Shown: positions 1-12,800, numbered from the stretch's first letter. The stretch: DNA of 64,000 nt from Lytechinus pictus (GCF_037042905.1 NC_087251.1:5644001-5708000); one strand, 5' to 3'. Made by a program: numbers and translations. The notes: generated by a model from the letters alone, not told the origin.

Positions 1-57
1 AACAGCAGCCAATATCATGGCCAGCAAGTAGCAAAAAGCGACAAATGTAAACGCCAT
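1..57 (-). CDS. cnih: Cornichon homolog (CNIH1/cni-type), start of the first coding exon; continues beyond the window's left edge
   Basis: The reverse complement of 1-57 reads MAFTFVAFCYLLAMILAAV, matching the conserved N-terminus of CNIH1/cornichon (MAFTFAAFCYMLAL...). The start context is a good Kozak, CCAACATGG. Confidence 0.9.
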   Translation of the reverse strand, partial: MAFTFVAFCYLLAMILAAV

Positions 58-200
58 GTTGGAACCCGACAGCCTACTCTCGCAGTGTGTCGCCCTCTGG
101 GGTTGAAAAAGGAGGAGGAAGGGGAGGAGGAGCAGGAGCCAGAAGCAGGAGGGGGAGAAGAAAAAAAAAGAAGTTATGTGCCAATAAGAAATTACTGAAA
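58..200 (-). promoter_or_regulatory. Putative cornichon 5'UTR and proximal promoter
   Basis: Lies directly upstream of the ATG. Contains a CTCF-like TGTCGCCCTCTGGGG (88-102), a pyrimidine tract on the sense strand (~106-172) and a CCAAT box (GCCAAT, 180-185). Motif matches only. Confidence 0.45.
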
Positions 201-283
201 ATATGTGAATGAAATACGAAAGATAGACATCTTTAATCAACAAGGATGAAGTTATTACATGTAGATCGAGGTTTTCCGGTTGC

Positions 284-563
284 CAGTGGCGTACCTAGGA
301 TTTTCCAGAAGGGGGGCAAATTTTTTGGAGGATTTTGACAAGCAAAAAAAAAAAGAAAAAGGTCTTCAACCACAAATAAAGGGTTTCTTACCACAAAAAA
401 ATTTGACAAGCAAAAAAAAAAAAAAAAGTATTCCGGTTCAAAAGAGGGGGGACGTCCCCTGTATCAGTTGTGACTCGTCAGGGGGGGCAGGGATACGTCC
501 CCTGCATGAGTTGTGACTCGTCAGGGGGGGCAGTCTGCCCCCCCCCCCTTAGGTACGCTAGTG
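284..563. mobile_element. hAT-like MITE, 280 bp
   Basis: Termini CAGTGGCGTACCTA / TAGGTACGCTAGTG. Perfect 8-bp TSD CCGGTTGC at 276-283 and 564-571. Internal duplications TTTGACAAGCAn x2 and AGTTGTGACTCGTCAGGGGGGGCAG x2. Confidence 0.88.
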
Positions 564-851
564 CCGGTTGCCCTAGGCCCGACATGATTATTTTCCTCGG
601 TGAATGTTCTCTATTACTGAATTCTTCTCGAGAGACCAACCGCCAGGCCTAACAATGCCAGTATTTCACGGGTGTAAATCACAAGGGAGCGGGGTCGGGG
701 GAATGGGATGATAAATATATTCCCCCACACTTTTCGGAGAGGGGGGTGACATGTATTATCATCCTTCCACACACACACACACTTTTCAAGACAGAAACAT
801 TTTTTTTAGTCATCAAAATAATTAATACTACTGGTAATGCGTGGATTAATT

Positions 852-1095
852 AAAAGGCAGGGTTACTTCATGTAGATGACAGATCACAACAATTAGTGTT
901 ACACCACGTGCATAAAATGTTCTATTCGGATAAATTAGATCATTATATAGCAAATAATTTCACCCGTGTATCAAATATCCATAGGTACACAACTCGAAAT
1001 AGTAACTTTAATTTTGTATTACCAAAACGTGAATGACATATAGGGAACACTTTTTATTTTAATGGCATCCAATCTTGAAAGTTGGAATGCACTTC
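852..1095 (+). mobile_element. 5'-truncated L2/CR1-group LINE, left part (same family as 53362-56684)
   Basis: Aligns to 55991-56227 (e.g. CACCACGTGCATAAAAT..TCTATTCGGATAAATTAGATCATTATATAGCAAATAATTTC). Carries inactivating changes. Confidence 0.92.
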
Positions 1096-2339
1096 AGTTT
1101 TTTTTCAGTTCAATTTCATTTATTTCCAATTAAAAATCACAATATAAAAATTCATAAAAATACATAATTGAGCAAATGTAAACCATATTCATGTACATGT
1201 ATTACAAAAGTCATCCACATAAAATATATATGTATACAATAAGTTAACATTTTAAACAACAGAGGAAATAGGGAAATTATAAAAACCCCAAAATAGAGTT
1301 TGTCTAGATAACCTCCCTTAAAGGAATTAGACAAAATATAATTAACAAAGTAAGATATAAGAAACTTATTTGCCCACAATAAAACACAAGATCAAACAAT
1401 AAAGGGGAACAAACAAACAAAAAAAAAAAAAACCAAACAAACCCTACACAAAGGTAAAAGGTGGAAAATAAATCTACACAAGTTGAAGATTGATTAAATG
1501 CTGCTTTATACTTATTTTAAATGCATTATGATTATTTATTGATGTTATATTACTTGGCAGGTCGTTCCAAACTGTTGGTGCTTTATGACTGAATGAAAAT
1601 AAAAGATAGGATTTTTCGGCTGCCCATAAATGATATTTATTTTTATTCCTTGTATTATAGTTATGTACTGACATATTTAATGAAAGCATATTATTAAGTA
1701 AACGAGGTAAAACCCCAATTTTATGTTTGAAACATAAAATCAAGATGCAATATCTATTCAACTGATAAATGTCAAGAATTTTGAGTGATCTGAACAGAGG
1801 CCTACTATGGGCATAACATGAATTCAAAGAACATATTCTAACAGCTTTCTTTTTTAATAAGAAAAGGGACTTCAACTTAGATTTGTAAGTGTTTGCCCAA
1901 ACAGCATTACAGTAAGTAAAAAATGGTAAAATAAATGTATTGTAAAGCAATCTCAGTATATTTTTAGGTAATACTGTTCGCAGCTTACCGACGATACCAA
2001 CACCCTTTGACACTTTGTTTGCAATATACATAATGTGATCAGTCCATGACATGTTTTCATTTATAAAAATACCTAAAAATTTAACAGAGTGGACTCTCTG
2101 AATAATCTTGCCGTTCATTGATATCTTTAGTTGTTTAGAAATATTTGTATGAAATTGAAATTGTTTATTATGAAAGTAGATTAAATTAGACTTTTCAGCA
2201 TTCAATGATAATCTGTTACAATTAAACCAGTATGAAACATTGATTAATTTGTCATTTAAATTGTTGTTTATAGATAAGTAATTTTTTGTTGAGTAAAGAA
2301 TGTTGGTATCATCGGCAAACAAAATAAATTTCAACTCAT
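1096..2339 (-). mobile_element. 5'-truncated L2/Crack-like LINE of a second family, inserted antisense into the first
   Basis: Contains an RT C-terminal ORF (1474-2334), a 3'UTR with a stem-loop and an AATAAATGAAATTGAACTG-A8 tail. The host LINE resumes at 2340 with about 4 nt lost and no TSD. Confidence 0.88.
1474..2334 (-). pseudogene. Non-LTR retrotransposon ORF2 fragment (RT C-terminal half and downstream region)
   Basis: Motifs LFADDT, WFNCNRLSLNAEKS, KFLGI, LYNTFILP..TYC..VW and HNYNTR. The N-terminus is missing. Confidence 0.9.
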
Positions 2340-2771
2340 TAAAGTAAAAGCTGTTAATTTTTTTTCTAAATTTAAGAGTGCATTAAAGAAGCACCTAAAA
2401 CTGGAAGCAACTCAAAAACAGTATTACCAGTAAAATCACATATTTTGTTCAGTTGGTTTCTAGTATTGTAGATAATGTAAGGTATGTTAAAATATATTCT
2501 TGTTTCATATATTAGAGAGATTATTGTTTGCTTCAGATGTTTGCAAATTATTTGACTGATGGATTTGTATTTTTTATACCATATTCCAGTACTTGTTGTA
2601 GTTTATACTTTATGTTACAATATCTTAATGTTTTATACTAACTATAGGACCCCATTGGAAATAAGCCTTTCGGCTTTCATGGGCTATCCTGTCAAGGTAT
2701 TCTTCAATTTCATTGTAATCTCATGTGATATTCTTGACGAATACAATCAATCAATCAATCAATCAATCAAT
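2340..2771 (+). mobile_element. 5'-truncated L2/CR1-group LINE, right part: ORF2 end, 3'UTR and (AATC)n tail
   Basis: Aligns to 56232-56684 and ends in (AATC)n at ~2746-2771. Confidence 0.92.
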
Positions 2772-3660
2772 ATCTTTAAACGCATGCACAGTGCATAAAT
2801 TGGCACAATTTTGCATTCTAAAAATGAAAAATTTTGATAATTTCTCGCGCGATCGCTCAGCTCAATTTAATCTTACAACATTTTGGCGAGACAAATTTAG
2901 CTTATTGCATCACGTTATATTCGCTGCATCATGAGAGTATATATGATTACAATAAGTCAATTTATGAATTATTGTATGATACTAACGAATTTTAAATATA
3001 TTTATAACCTTGATCACAAACCAATCAAAACATCCTTTGAATACACTGGCTTGAATGAGAGGGGGGGGGGTTATATCCTAGAATCATTTTGTGGAAGCGG
3101 GGGGATGCTAATTCGTACATTGACAGAAAAATATAGTTAGGCCTACTTCAAGTTAAATGTACGATAAATTACTGATGATATTGACCAAATTAATGCCCTT
3201 AAGGAAACACGGAAACAAATTAGGACATAAATATTTCCCACACATTTTACAATTTCATCCGTTTTTAGGAGACTTTAAATCACATTAATTCCATAAGTGT
3301 AATGAATATTTTAAATATGAATTTTGCTCAAAATTTTGAATGTTGCATCATCTCCACATAATCTCAAAGATTATTCAAAATATTTCCTTTAAATGTGCAT
3401 CATTGTGATATTTTCAAGTTTGTTTTTTTAAGTTATACTGTGGCCTGTGATGGCCTATCATAAAGCACCCTTTGTCCCGATAATGATGATCCCAATGTTT
3501 TTAAATTCTCATCTCATTTTTAACCAGTGAGAAATTAGTTTTCAATGAACAAAACTGATCTGGACAGTTTAATCCTTATTTTCCTCTTTATATTTCTTTT
3601 ATCATAAAAAGTATTCAAGTTACCCTTATGATCCTCTGTAATATAAAAAAATTATATGCA

Positions 3661-5469
3661 CAGTTGCGTACCGTGGGTCTCGTCACGGGGGGTGGGCACC
3701 AGAAAAAAATTTGAGTCACTTCTGAGCGTGCTTCGCGCGCTCAGTTGCCAGGTATACTGATCTAATAAAGACATTTTAAGGTGCCATTAAACGGATATAT
3801 CTCACTGATCAAATAATTTGAGCGCGAAGCGCGAGCTGAAATATTTTATATTCAGACCTAAAAGGGACATTATAAGCAAATTTTTGTTATCATGATACGT
3901 ACCTGTCTCGCTAAACAAACAATACGAGCGCGATGAGCGAGCTGAAATTTTTGTATGTATTGACCCCAAACAGGGACATTTTAAGGACTATATTTTATGA
4001 ATCAATTAAAGGGGAATCCAGCCTTGGTCATAATATGTTGTGTTTGAAAGGGGAAAAATAAATAAAACATAATTGTGAAACTTTGAAAGAAATCGGACAA
4101 GCAATAAGAAAGTTATGGCTGTTTTAACATTGAGATCCCTAAGACAATATAGATTTCAAATTGGCAACTGGGTGAGTAAATTATGATAAGGGGCAATGAC
4201 ATCTTTTACATAGGCCATGTACTTTATTAACAGTGATTTGTGGTTTTCTCCTAAGTATCCATTCCCCTGGGGCTGTAATCTTAATATAGCCTTGGTAGTA
4301 TATTTTTTTACGTCCTCATGAAAGAAAAAAATAATTTGAAGTAAAACTTTTGAAAAAATGTCATATTAGCCATTTTATGTATTGGAGTACATGGAAGAGT
4401 AGTCCTTGCCTTACATCACTATGACATCACATTTGTGGCCAATTCGAAGTCTCCATGGGTATAGTAATTACCAATATTCACAACTTTTAAATATTCATAA
4501 CTTTCTTATTGTTTGTCCAATATTTTTCAAACTTTCGCCTTTCAATTTGTCTGATTTTCCTTTTTCCTTTAAAAGCAAGATTTTATTTGGGTTCGGATTC
4601 CCCTTTTAGAGTATACACATCTCACCATAGTCATCTAATGCGAGTGCCAAGCGCTTGCTGATTTTGTTAGAATTACATCTAAACACAGGAAGCACTTGTA
4701 GTCATTGTAATCATGATTAACATACGCATCTCACTATTCAAATATTGCAAGCGCGAGCAGAAAATTTAGGAAATTCAGACCTGAAGAGGAGCATTCTAGG
4801 GCTTGTTTGCAGAAATTTACTAACACCGTACGTATTTCACTAACCAAATGATGCGAGCGCGAAGCGCGAGCTAAAATTTTTTGATATTCATATCAGAAAA
4901 AGGGACATTTTAAGGACTGATTTAAGGAATTCATGAAGAGCAGACATATCTCACCAATCCACTAATGCGAATGTAAGCACGGATAGGAAATGTTTTATAT
5001 CAAGACCATAAAATGGGGCAATCACTTTAAGTAGTCATGAAAAAGAATCATATGTCACTACATAAAACAATGATGACTCGGAGTGCGAGGAAATATATTT
5101 GGTGTATATACTGACTTCATTTGACAACGTCAGGTCTCTCAAATATACTTGAAAACTATTGTGTTCCGAAAAAAATTTGATCTATTATATCTAGTAAAAC
5201 AGACAATGCGAGCACCGAGAACAATGCAGACATAGGCCCTGAGCAAATTATGTTTCATAAAGTTAATATGAAAGAAAATGTCTTATGTAATATAACATAA
5301 CATAATTATGATATAATATAACATTATAATGAACAATAATTTATCCTTTTCCACTACACCTTTCTCTCCCTTTCTCCCTCTTTTTCTCCTTTTCCCCGTT
5401 TTTTTTTTACCAGCCGATGGTGGGGGGGGGGGGCACGTGCCCCCCATGCCCCCCGTAGTTACGCCACTG
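3661..5469. mobile_element. Non-autonomous hAT-like element with ~120-bp internal tandem units
   Basis: Termini CAGTTGCGTACC / GTTACGCCACTG. Perfect 8-bp TSD TATATGCA (3653-3660, 5470-5477). Repeated units GAGCGCGAAGCGCGAGC...AGGGACATTTTAAG. Confidence 0.88.
4010..4604. mobile_element. Kolobok-like (TTAA-targeting) non-autonomous element, 595 bp
   Basis: Structure TTAA|AGGGGAATCC ... GGATTCCCCT|TTTA. Removing it restores a host repeat unit (GAATCAATTAAGAGTATACACATCTCACC, compare 4927-4955). Confidence 0.75.
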
Positions 5470-5680
5470 TATATGCATATCATTTTAAATACCTAAAGCA
5501 ACTATGTCAAGGTTCTTCTACGCTCACTCGCTGCATTTCGCCAAGTCCCCTTGAAAGACGAGTTTGGTCATCATTCTGTCTGCCAACTATTGAAAATTTG
5601 CTCACCCGCTTTGCTCGCTCGCTCGCATTTTATATCTAGTGTAATTCATTACTTTACATCCAAAAAAATCTGTTAAAATA

Positions 5681-6651
5681 CAGTGCCGATCAAAAAAAAG
5701 TTTACAAAAAATAGAAAAAATCTTGTAAAATGATACATTTGTAAAATCCTGAAGACTTTTCCACATTCTCACCTTGGTACAGATCCATTTGAGCAAATGA
5801 CGATATAACTGTCGGAAAATATTTCCGCTTGAGTGAGCACCACTTACTTTTGAAAAGTTAGTGAAAAATGATTTGCGCAGAACTTTGAAATAGTTATGCG
5901 AATAAAAGTAGACCTTAATCATAAAGAACACGTGTGATTTAGCTAGTAAAATTGATTTGGAGATATCTTTTACCTTTTTAAACTGGTTTCCTTGCCCAAA
6001 ACACTTCGAAGAGTGCATTGCGCCCCACCCCACTCCCCCAAACACCGAGGCCATCCTGACGATATTTGCGTTACACTGAGCTTTGATTACATGAAATGGC
6101 TTAGGCTTAATTTTCAATTTGTAAATCATTGTCAAGCTTGAGAAAAGTGTGGAGAAACAAGTATTAAATGAAAAATGAAATGTAACCCACTTTGAATGAT
6201 AAAAACGCTGGAGATGTCTGATATAAACTTTTGTTCAGATTCAAATATGTCCTCAGATCCAGCTGGCACAAAAGGGTAAAGGTTGTGCTTACTAAGTGTT
6301 GAATTTAAATTTGGGTGGCAAAATTTTTACAAAATGCTTGAATGTATCCGTTTTATTTCAGTTGACTAAAATTGCAAGAAAAATGTATGAGAAATGTTTC
6401 GCAGGGTAAGATTGATTTCGCCCTTTCCCCTTGACACAGCGTGAAAATGAGCATTTCTGCGCAAACAGATTTCTGGGAGCTTTTCAAAAATGGACAGTGC
6501 TCATTCAAGTGTACCATTCTGTCAAAACTTTTACTTTCATTGGATAGATGAGACCCAAACCCAAGAATATATGTGAAAAAATTACCCACATGTTGTATAT
6601 TTTTTAATTCCCAGGCCTTTTTCAAAGTGTAAACTTTTTTTATACGCACTG
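5681..6651. mobile_element. Tc1/mariner-derived non-autonomous element, 971 bp
   Basis: Structure TA|CAGTGCCGATCAAAAAAAAGTTTACA ... TGTAAACTTTTTTTATACGCACTG|TA. No transposase recognised. Confidence 0.82.
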
Positions 6652-9570
6652 TATAGCAATCGAAAATATCGTGATAAGCCTGTAACTGAAAGATGGTATA
6701 GTAGTATGTTATATACCTATGTATACATTGACCGTGATGTGATAATTGCACACCGATTGAAAGAGGTTTTTGTACACCAATCTGTTTTCCAACTACTGAA
6801 AATTTGCTTACTCGCTTCGCTCGCTCGCATTTTGATATAACTCATTACTTTACATCACAACGAATCCATTACCGTATATAACCATCGAATAAACCGTTAT
6901 AGGCCTTTAACTGAAAGATGGTAGTATAGTGTACACGGTTATATACCCCCATATACATAGCTCTTGGTGTGGGGGTGTCCCCAACATTTTGAATTTTCCT
7001 GGTCAATATATTGCTATCACCCCCACTGCTCGGACCGGATTTACGCCAGTGCCGTATTTCTGCTTGTATTCATTTTTTAAAACAAATTTATGCATTTATT
7101 ATATTCGTTTAACACTATTGTCCATTAATCAGACTTATACACCAATATTGCTCATGAGTTGTGGTATGAGCTTTGGATGTTCAGGACTCTGGTAATAAAG
7201 ACTTTTCATCTACTAGTATTTTTTCAGTGTGTTCAGTCGGGCGGTGAAATCATCACCAGTCACCTAAATCAACTTATGTGTTCTCTGCATGCCCCCTTTG
7301 CTTCTCTTCATTTTAATTTTCCAAACCAGTATTCTGAAGAATGATCAATCCGTATCTTTTAATTAGCATTTGTATTTTTTTTATAAGCTGTTTTTTTATA
7401 TCAGGAAAATAAAACCAAATCAAACCACATCATTTTTTGAAAGACCAAATAATATTGTCACTATTCCTGCAAGAATTAATTTTAACTTGAAATCATGAAT
7501 CCACCTTCTTGAAAGTTATCGTTAACTCATATAGCTTCAGGATAATATGGAAAAATATTTTGAGAGTTCATATTCACACCTACATGTCAAATCGTCGCCA
7601 GATGTACAACCCCCGATTCCCGACTTCCTGGACGAATGAATCTACTTTTGAAAAATCCATAAAGAAATATAGGCACAAGGCTCACAGGTGTCTATATTGC
7701 TCTGCGCATGCAGAGTTTATTATTCTTGGTCATCATTATGATATCGATTCACCCAGTTCAGTAGATACCGTCTTCAGTCTTATCGAAAATGAAATCGGGC
7801 GTGTAATGGAAAGGAAGAAATCCATGTTTGGTTTGTGGGAAAAAAGAAGCCTCCAGAGTGCGTTTACCACAAACTACACGGGCGCCAGTCTCCTTGTCGA
7901 TTTTTAATTTGGAGAGTTTAAAGCAATCATGGAAATGGCTTGAAATGATGCTCTCCTCTTCTCTTTGCTTCTTTTAACTCAGTAAACGGAGGGATATAGG
8001 AGAGACATGAGCTACTTGAGAAGAATCACGTAGCAATGCTTGGTTTAGACGGTAGAAGCGAGTCAACTGTTGTAACTTGATAGTCCCTGGAGTATTTAGA
8101 GCTCGTTGGGGGTCTGCACGCGATGAGAAGAGGTGGAAACAACATCACGACTATGTTTTTTTTTCTTCACCCTCCCCTTTTTTACATTGTGCATCAGTGA
8201 AATTCTGGTTAAAGGGCGATGAAAGAGAGAGACTTTAACCACTTAAATTTTACAAAAGTTTTACTTAAGAATGAAAATATCTACAAATCTTTATTCGTGA
8301 CTGAATGGATATTATTTTCCCGGATATTTTATTTTCTTTTATTATTATTATTATTATTTCATTTTTAAACCGGCAACAAACAATCATTTCGTGACTTTTT
8401 CACTGATATCACAACTCCACAAGTTGATCATGAATAGTATACAGTCCTCCTTATTATTATTATTATATTAATATGATTAATTATCATTTATTTTTAAAGA
8501 TCAACAAGTTTACCGCACAAATCAAAGTGGATGAGCATGATAAATGCGGGAGCGTGTGGTATGCCGACGGGTATAAAGACCTGCTAATTTCTATATATTT
8601 TCTCATATTTTTATATTTCATTTTTTTCTTTTCACATACTTTGTCCTCGTGGACCAGCGCAGTCCTTCAAAATATCGCAACTCAGTGACAGCAAATGGGC
8701 TTTAAGGCGCATGAATTTGTGAATTATTATTTTTCTCTTGAAATTTGGTTGTCTTGCTCGCTTGGTAACGCTTATTTACAAATAATTTGGGAGTGCATGC
8801 TCAGACGCTCCGGTGGCCGTGGAGCAACATTTTTTTAAATTGATATATTTATTTTTTTCTCGAAAACTGCGTTCTTGCAGATGCAGTCCACACAAAGACT
8901 TACAAAGTGACTGTTTAAATGTCATATTCACACACCGCTGCATCTTTAAAGCCCGCCATATCACTATACAAGATATTTCCCAGAATTTGAGAATGAAAGC
9001 GGAATGTATACAAAGCTGAAGTGGATGTTTGAATTGACTGGCGACATGATATTCGACGAGTCTTACAAAAACCGTGACGCTCTCTATAGAGATGCTTAAT
9101 GCAGATAGGAAACTTTTCTTTTGCTTTCCTCATTTTCACTCTTGTTTGACATTGTTTCTGAATTTAGAATAGGGAGATTGGATGAAGTGACATTGTAGAA
9201 GAGGCCTAGCAGTCCATTTCATTTGGAAGGAGTCATGGCGACATGGTATTTCCTGTTAGGAAAGGTCGCGATCTTCATGATTTGTCATTTAGGTTGTTGA
9301 GTATAGCTTTCTTAGAGAAAACAATATCTTTCCGTGATCCTACAAAGTGAATTCATGTCGACCTTTAGAACAAAAATATACCATAATTATAGCCTCGGCT
9401 TCTCTCCTATTTCGATAATACCAAAATAATATAATAGCTTTAAGCAGAGAACACAACAGTAGCTTGTTGCTGATGTTGTTTTATAGAATTGATTTCTATT
9501 CAATTCAATTAATTTATTTTCATAATGTCAATTAAACATCAAATACAATAGAAATTTATCAAACAAATAA

Positions 9571-9856
9571 AGAGTTTGGTTGCAAAAGAGGTTAGATCCA
9601 CTTTGGACCAATCCGAGAAGAATCATGTTTTTTATTCTCCCATATTGCAATGTTCTTGTGATGAGAAACTAAATTGTCATTATGTACTAAGTTGCCGTGT
9701 GAACATAAAATTGGTTATAAAAGAAATCTGTCTTCAATTCTTTTCTTAATATTTTTTTTCTCAAAAAATTACCATTGTGGATCTAATCCCTTTTGCAAGC
9801 AAACTGAAATGGATCTAACCCCTTATTGGATCCGACCCCTTTTGCAATTGAGCTCT
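9571..9856. mobile_element. Harbinger-like MITE
   Basis: ~30-bp imperfect TIRs AGAGTTTGGTTGCAAAAGAGGTTAGATCCA / TGGATCCGACCCCTTTTGCAATTGAGCTCT. Subterminal TGGATCTAA motifs. Flanks TAA and TCA. Confidence 0.55.
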
Positions 9857-12800
9857 TCAAATATAGAAAATACTGTTAAAAATTTACACAATAGAATGAA
9901 CATAATTATAGCAATTTAGAGCATGAATAATCTAGCATAGGCCAAGAGCATATCACAGTCCCCGAAATTACATCAGTAAAATTATTGAGTTGTTAATTTC
10001 TACAGTTTACACACTTCTCAATGAGCTTAATAGCTGATACCACAGTAAAGATCTCAATAAGAAATAAAAGTGGCGTCACGTATGCAGTGACGTTTTTCTA
10101 TTATGAATTTTAGGTAAAATAAACAGGCAAGTTTAATAACTGACGCCAACGAGATTCTGACATCAGACACCCCCCCCCCCTCATCCCTACCACCACCTGC
10201 TGCCAAATGCTTTTCCTGTATAAATATTGCAGTCACGCAAATGGTTATCGTTTAATGATATACTGAGCTTAAATTGCAGACAACTAAGTACAGAACACCA
10301 AGTTTATATAATGTTGAGTTGGTAACGTTTGTATGCAAACATGACTGTAAATCCATTGTTTGCTTGTTAGGCATGAGTTGGCGCCAATTGCTATCGATTG
10401 AGATGAGATAGCGATATCGACCAGGAGGAAGGTTTCTTATGTGAATTAATACCACAATAATGTACCGTACATTTCAATTTAACTACAAATTTACATGATT
10501 GTTGTTTTGCTTCATATTTGTTTTTGCTTTATATCTTCATGGCGATATGGTTCTGCCAATACATATGCAAGTATGTATGCCTTTGCAACTGTATTTGTTA
10601 TACAGTTGCAAAGGCGAATTATTTTCTGGCAGACGACGACTCTTGTTAGAGCAAGCATCAGTCATTTTCAACATGTTATAGAATATCATTTTATTTGAAC
10701 CTAGAAGATGCAAGGTTTGAGAAAAATAATGATAACGAGAAGCATAACGGGTATCAAAATAAACTGTTCTAGGAATGTTTTTTTTTAATTAAACTTTTAC
10801 GATCGGGTCACCCCCCCCCCCCATCCAAGTCATCAAAAACTTGACACTACCCCAAACTGGAATTATTGCAGCTTGTTGTGAGTTTAATAGTTTCTAAAGG
10901 ATTTAACGAATTGAATAGATTCACAACGTGCTAGGAATGGATTCTGCTGAACAGGAAAATAAATCAGAACAGAAATTTATAAATCAAGGATCTTTGGTTG
11001 AAAAATAGAATAGCTGCTGTTCAATGCTAATTAATTTTATTTTGCGTTTTGCGATGTTCGATCAAAGTAAAACTCACAAGTTAAGTAGCGCGATTTCAGC
11101 ACTTTTTAAACACCAGATGTTTGACATTGTAACGGTTTGATAGTTTCTTTCTTCCTACCCTGTTTAATCGTGTGATATTTCATGACTTTGGAAATTCAAC
11201 AACGTCACTATTGATATTTCCGAGAACTGAACACGTGCATGAACTTTGTCAGTTTATTGATTATAGTTAACTACGTTTCACTTACTTCTGTTTTCTAAGA
11301 AATACAACACAATTATTTTTGCTTGTTTAAGTTCCTAGTTCGTTCTTATTGTATATAACATATCGAGAATTATTCTTATCTAGTCAAAATAATTATTCGG
11401 AAAATCAAAGCATTTTTCGAGCTCGGTATGGATTTGTTTATGTGTCTGCATGCTTCCATGAAATCAAAATGATATATCGCCCCCTTGCGATAGTTGCACA
11501 CATTAAAATTTCAAAGTCACATGTATGTAGTAGCCAAGGGATACATTACTCGACAATCATGACAATGTCAAAACAGTGCAAACGTAAAGACTTATTGATA
11601 CTCGAAGCATTCACAAATGTTTGATCACGAAAATCATGAATGAGTAAGACTTATAATCACCCATATCAATCCATGTAAAGTAGGTTGAGGATTCATTAAA
11701 AATAAAAGCCTCCTTGAAACATGCAATAAATCGATTGTTTCTCAATTCTACACCTGCAGGTATATCTATCATCGTATGTGATCATCCATTGACCAAGGAC
11801 ATAGAGTATAAATTGCTTTATTTGTTATAGCAGTGACCTAGACAACAACATCAACATTATGGTAAGACACTTCAGTAAAATTCCACCAACTTTATCCGAA
11901 AAAGATCAGAAATGACCCAAAACCCCCTTTGTTATCACCATTTGTTCCTTTTGTTTTATTGTTTATAAGCTTAAAAAACACGAAATTCAGTTTACCCTCT
12001 CATTATGATAAAGTCTTTTTTTCATATAATAAAATAAAATTAGTTATAGAAATTTACATGCAATATGATATTTACAAGACAAAATGTGGACAATTATTTT
12101 TCAATGATTTTGATACACTACTTTGTTTGAATGATAGCTATTCCTATATGCAAAATGAGAGGTTTTATAATTATACATCTTCAGTAGATTGGAACACACT
12201 GGTATCGAGAAACTGAATATTCTGGTTAACAGTGAACATTATTTTAAGAGTAGTAAACTTCACTATATTATCGAATATCTTCTGTCAGATCGTACATAAA
12301 CCTTAATAGCTTCCAGTTAATTTTCTTTATTTTTGTTATTATTATTATTATATTCTTATTGATATTTTTGCGCTATATAAAACAGGATATTATTCCCTAA
12401 GAAAAGAAAGGTATTGGCTTTTCTCCATGCACTTATCTTGGTAGATACCTGTCTTTCAATTCACTTCCAGATCGTTTATTGAGCACGTGATGAGTAAGTA
12501 GATGACGGGTAATGATTGTGATTGGTTTGATTTACACCACTTTACAATATCACTTGCTATCTCAAGGTTGAACGACTGCTGACCCGACATGAATCAATTT
12601 CTTCCCGTGTTTGTTTCGCAGACAACAAAATCACATCTGGTATCGCTCTGTCTCAATCGGCAATAACTGACAATCGGTATCCCCTTGTTTCTTCATATCA
12701 AGGTCGAGAATCAATTGCAGATTATTGAGAGATGACTGAATAGAATCGTAATACCTGTCGCATTTTCGCTGGAAATAAGTAGGACGATCGATTCTGATGC

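Larger units (their letters stand above)
667..7051. mobile_element. Non-autonomous hAT-like element expanded to 6.4 kb by nested insertions
   Basis: Termini CACGGGTGTAAATC / GATTTACGCCAGTG. Flanks CAGTATTT (659-666) and CCGTATTT (7052-7059) form a 7/8 TSD. Related internal units occur at ~5590-5665 and ~6795-6857. Confidence 0.7.

Noticed and set aside
5602..6751. ORFs of 177 and 132 aa as a transposase of the 5681-6651 element
   Set aside because: No HTH or DDE motifs, and both ORFs cross the element boundaries.
7509..7907. 132-aa ORF
   Set aside because: Non-ATG start and no recognisable domain; more likely non-coding.
9235..9300. Short hydrophobic ORF MATWYFLLGKVAIFMICHLGC with a good Kozak context, as a possible signal-peptide exon
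   Set aside because: Weak splice donors, no recognisable homology and no downstream exon found.
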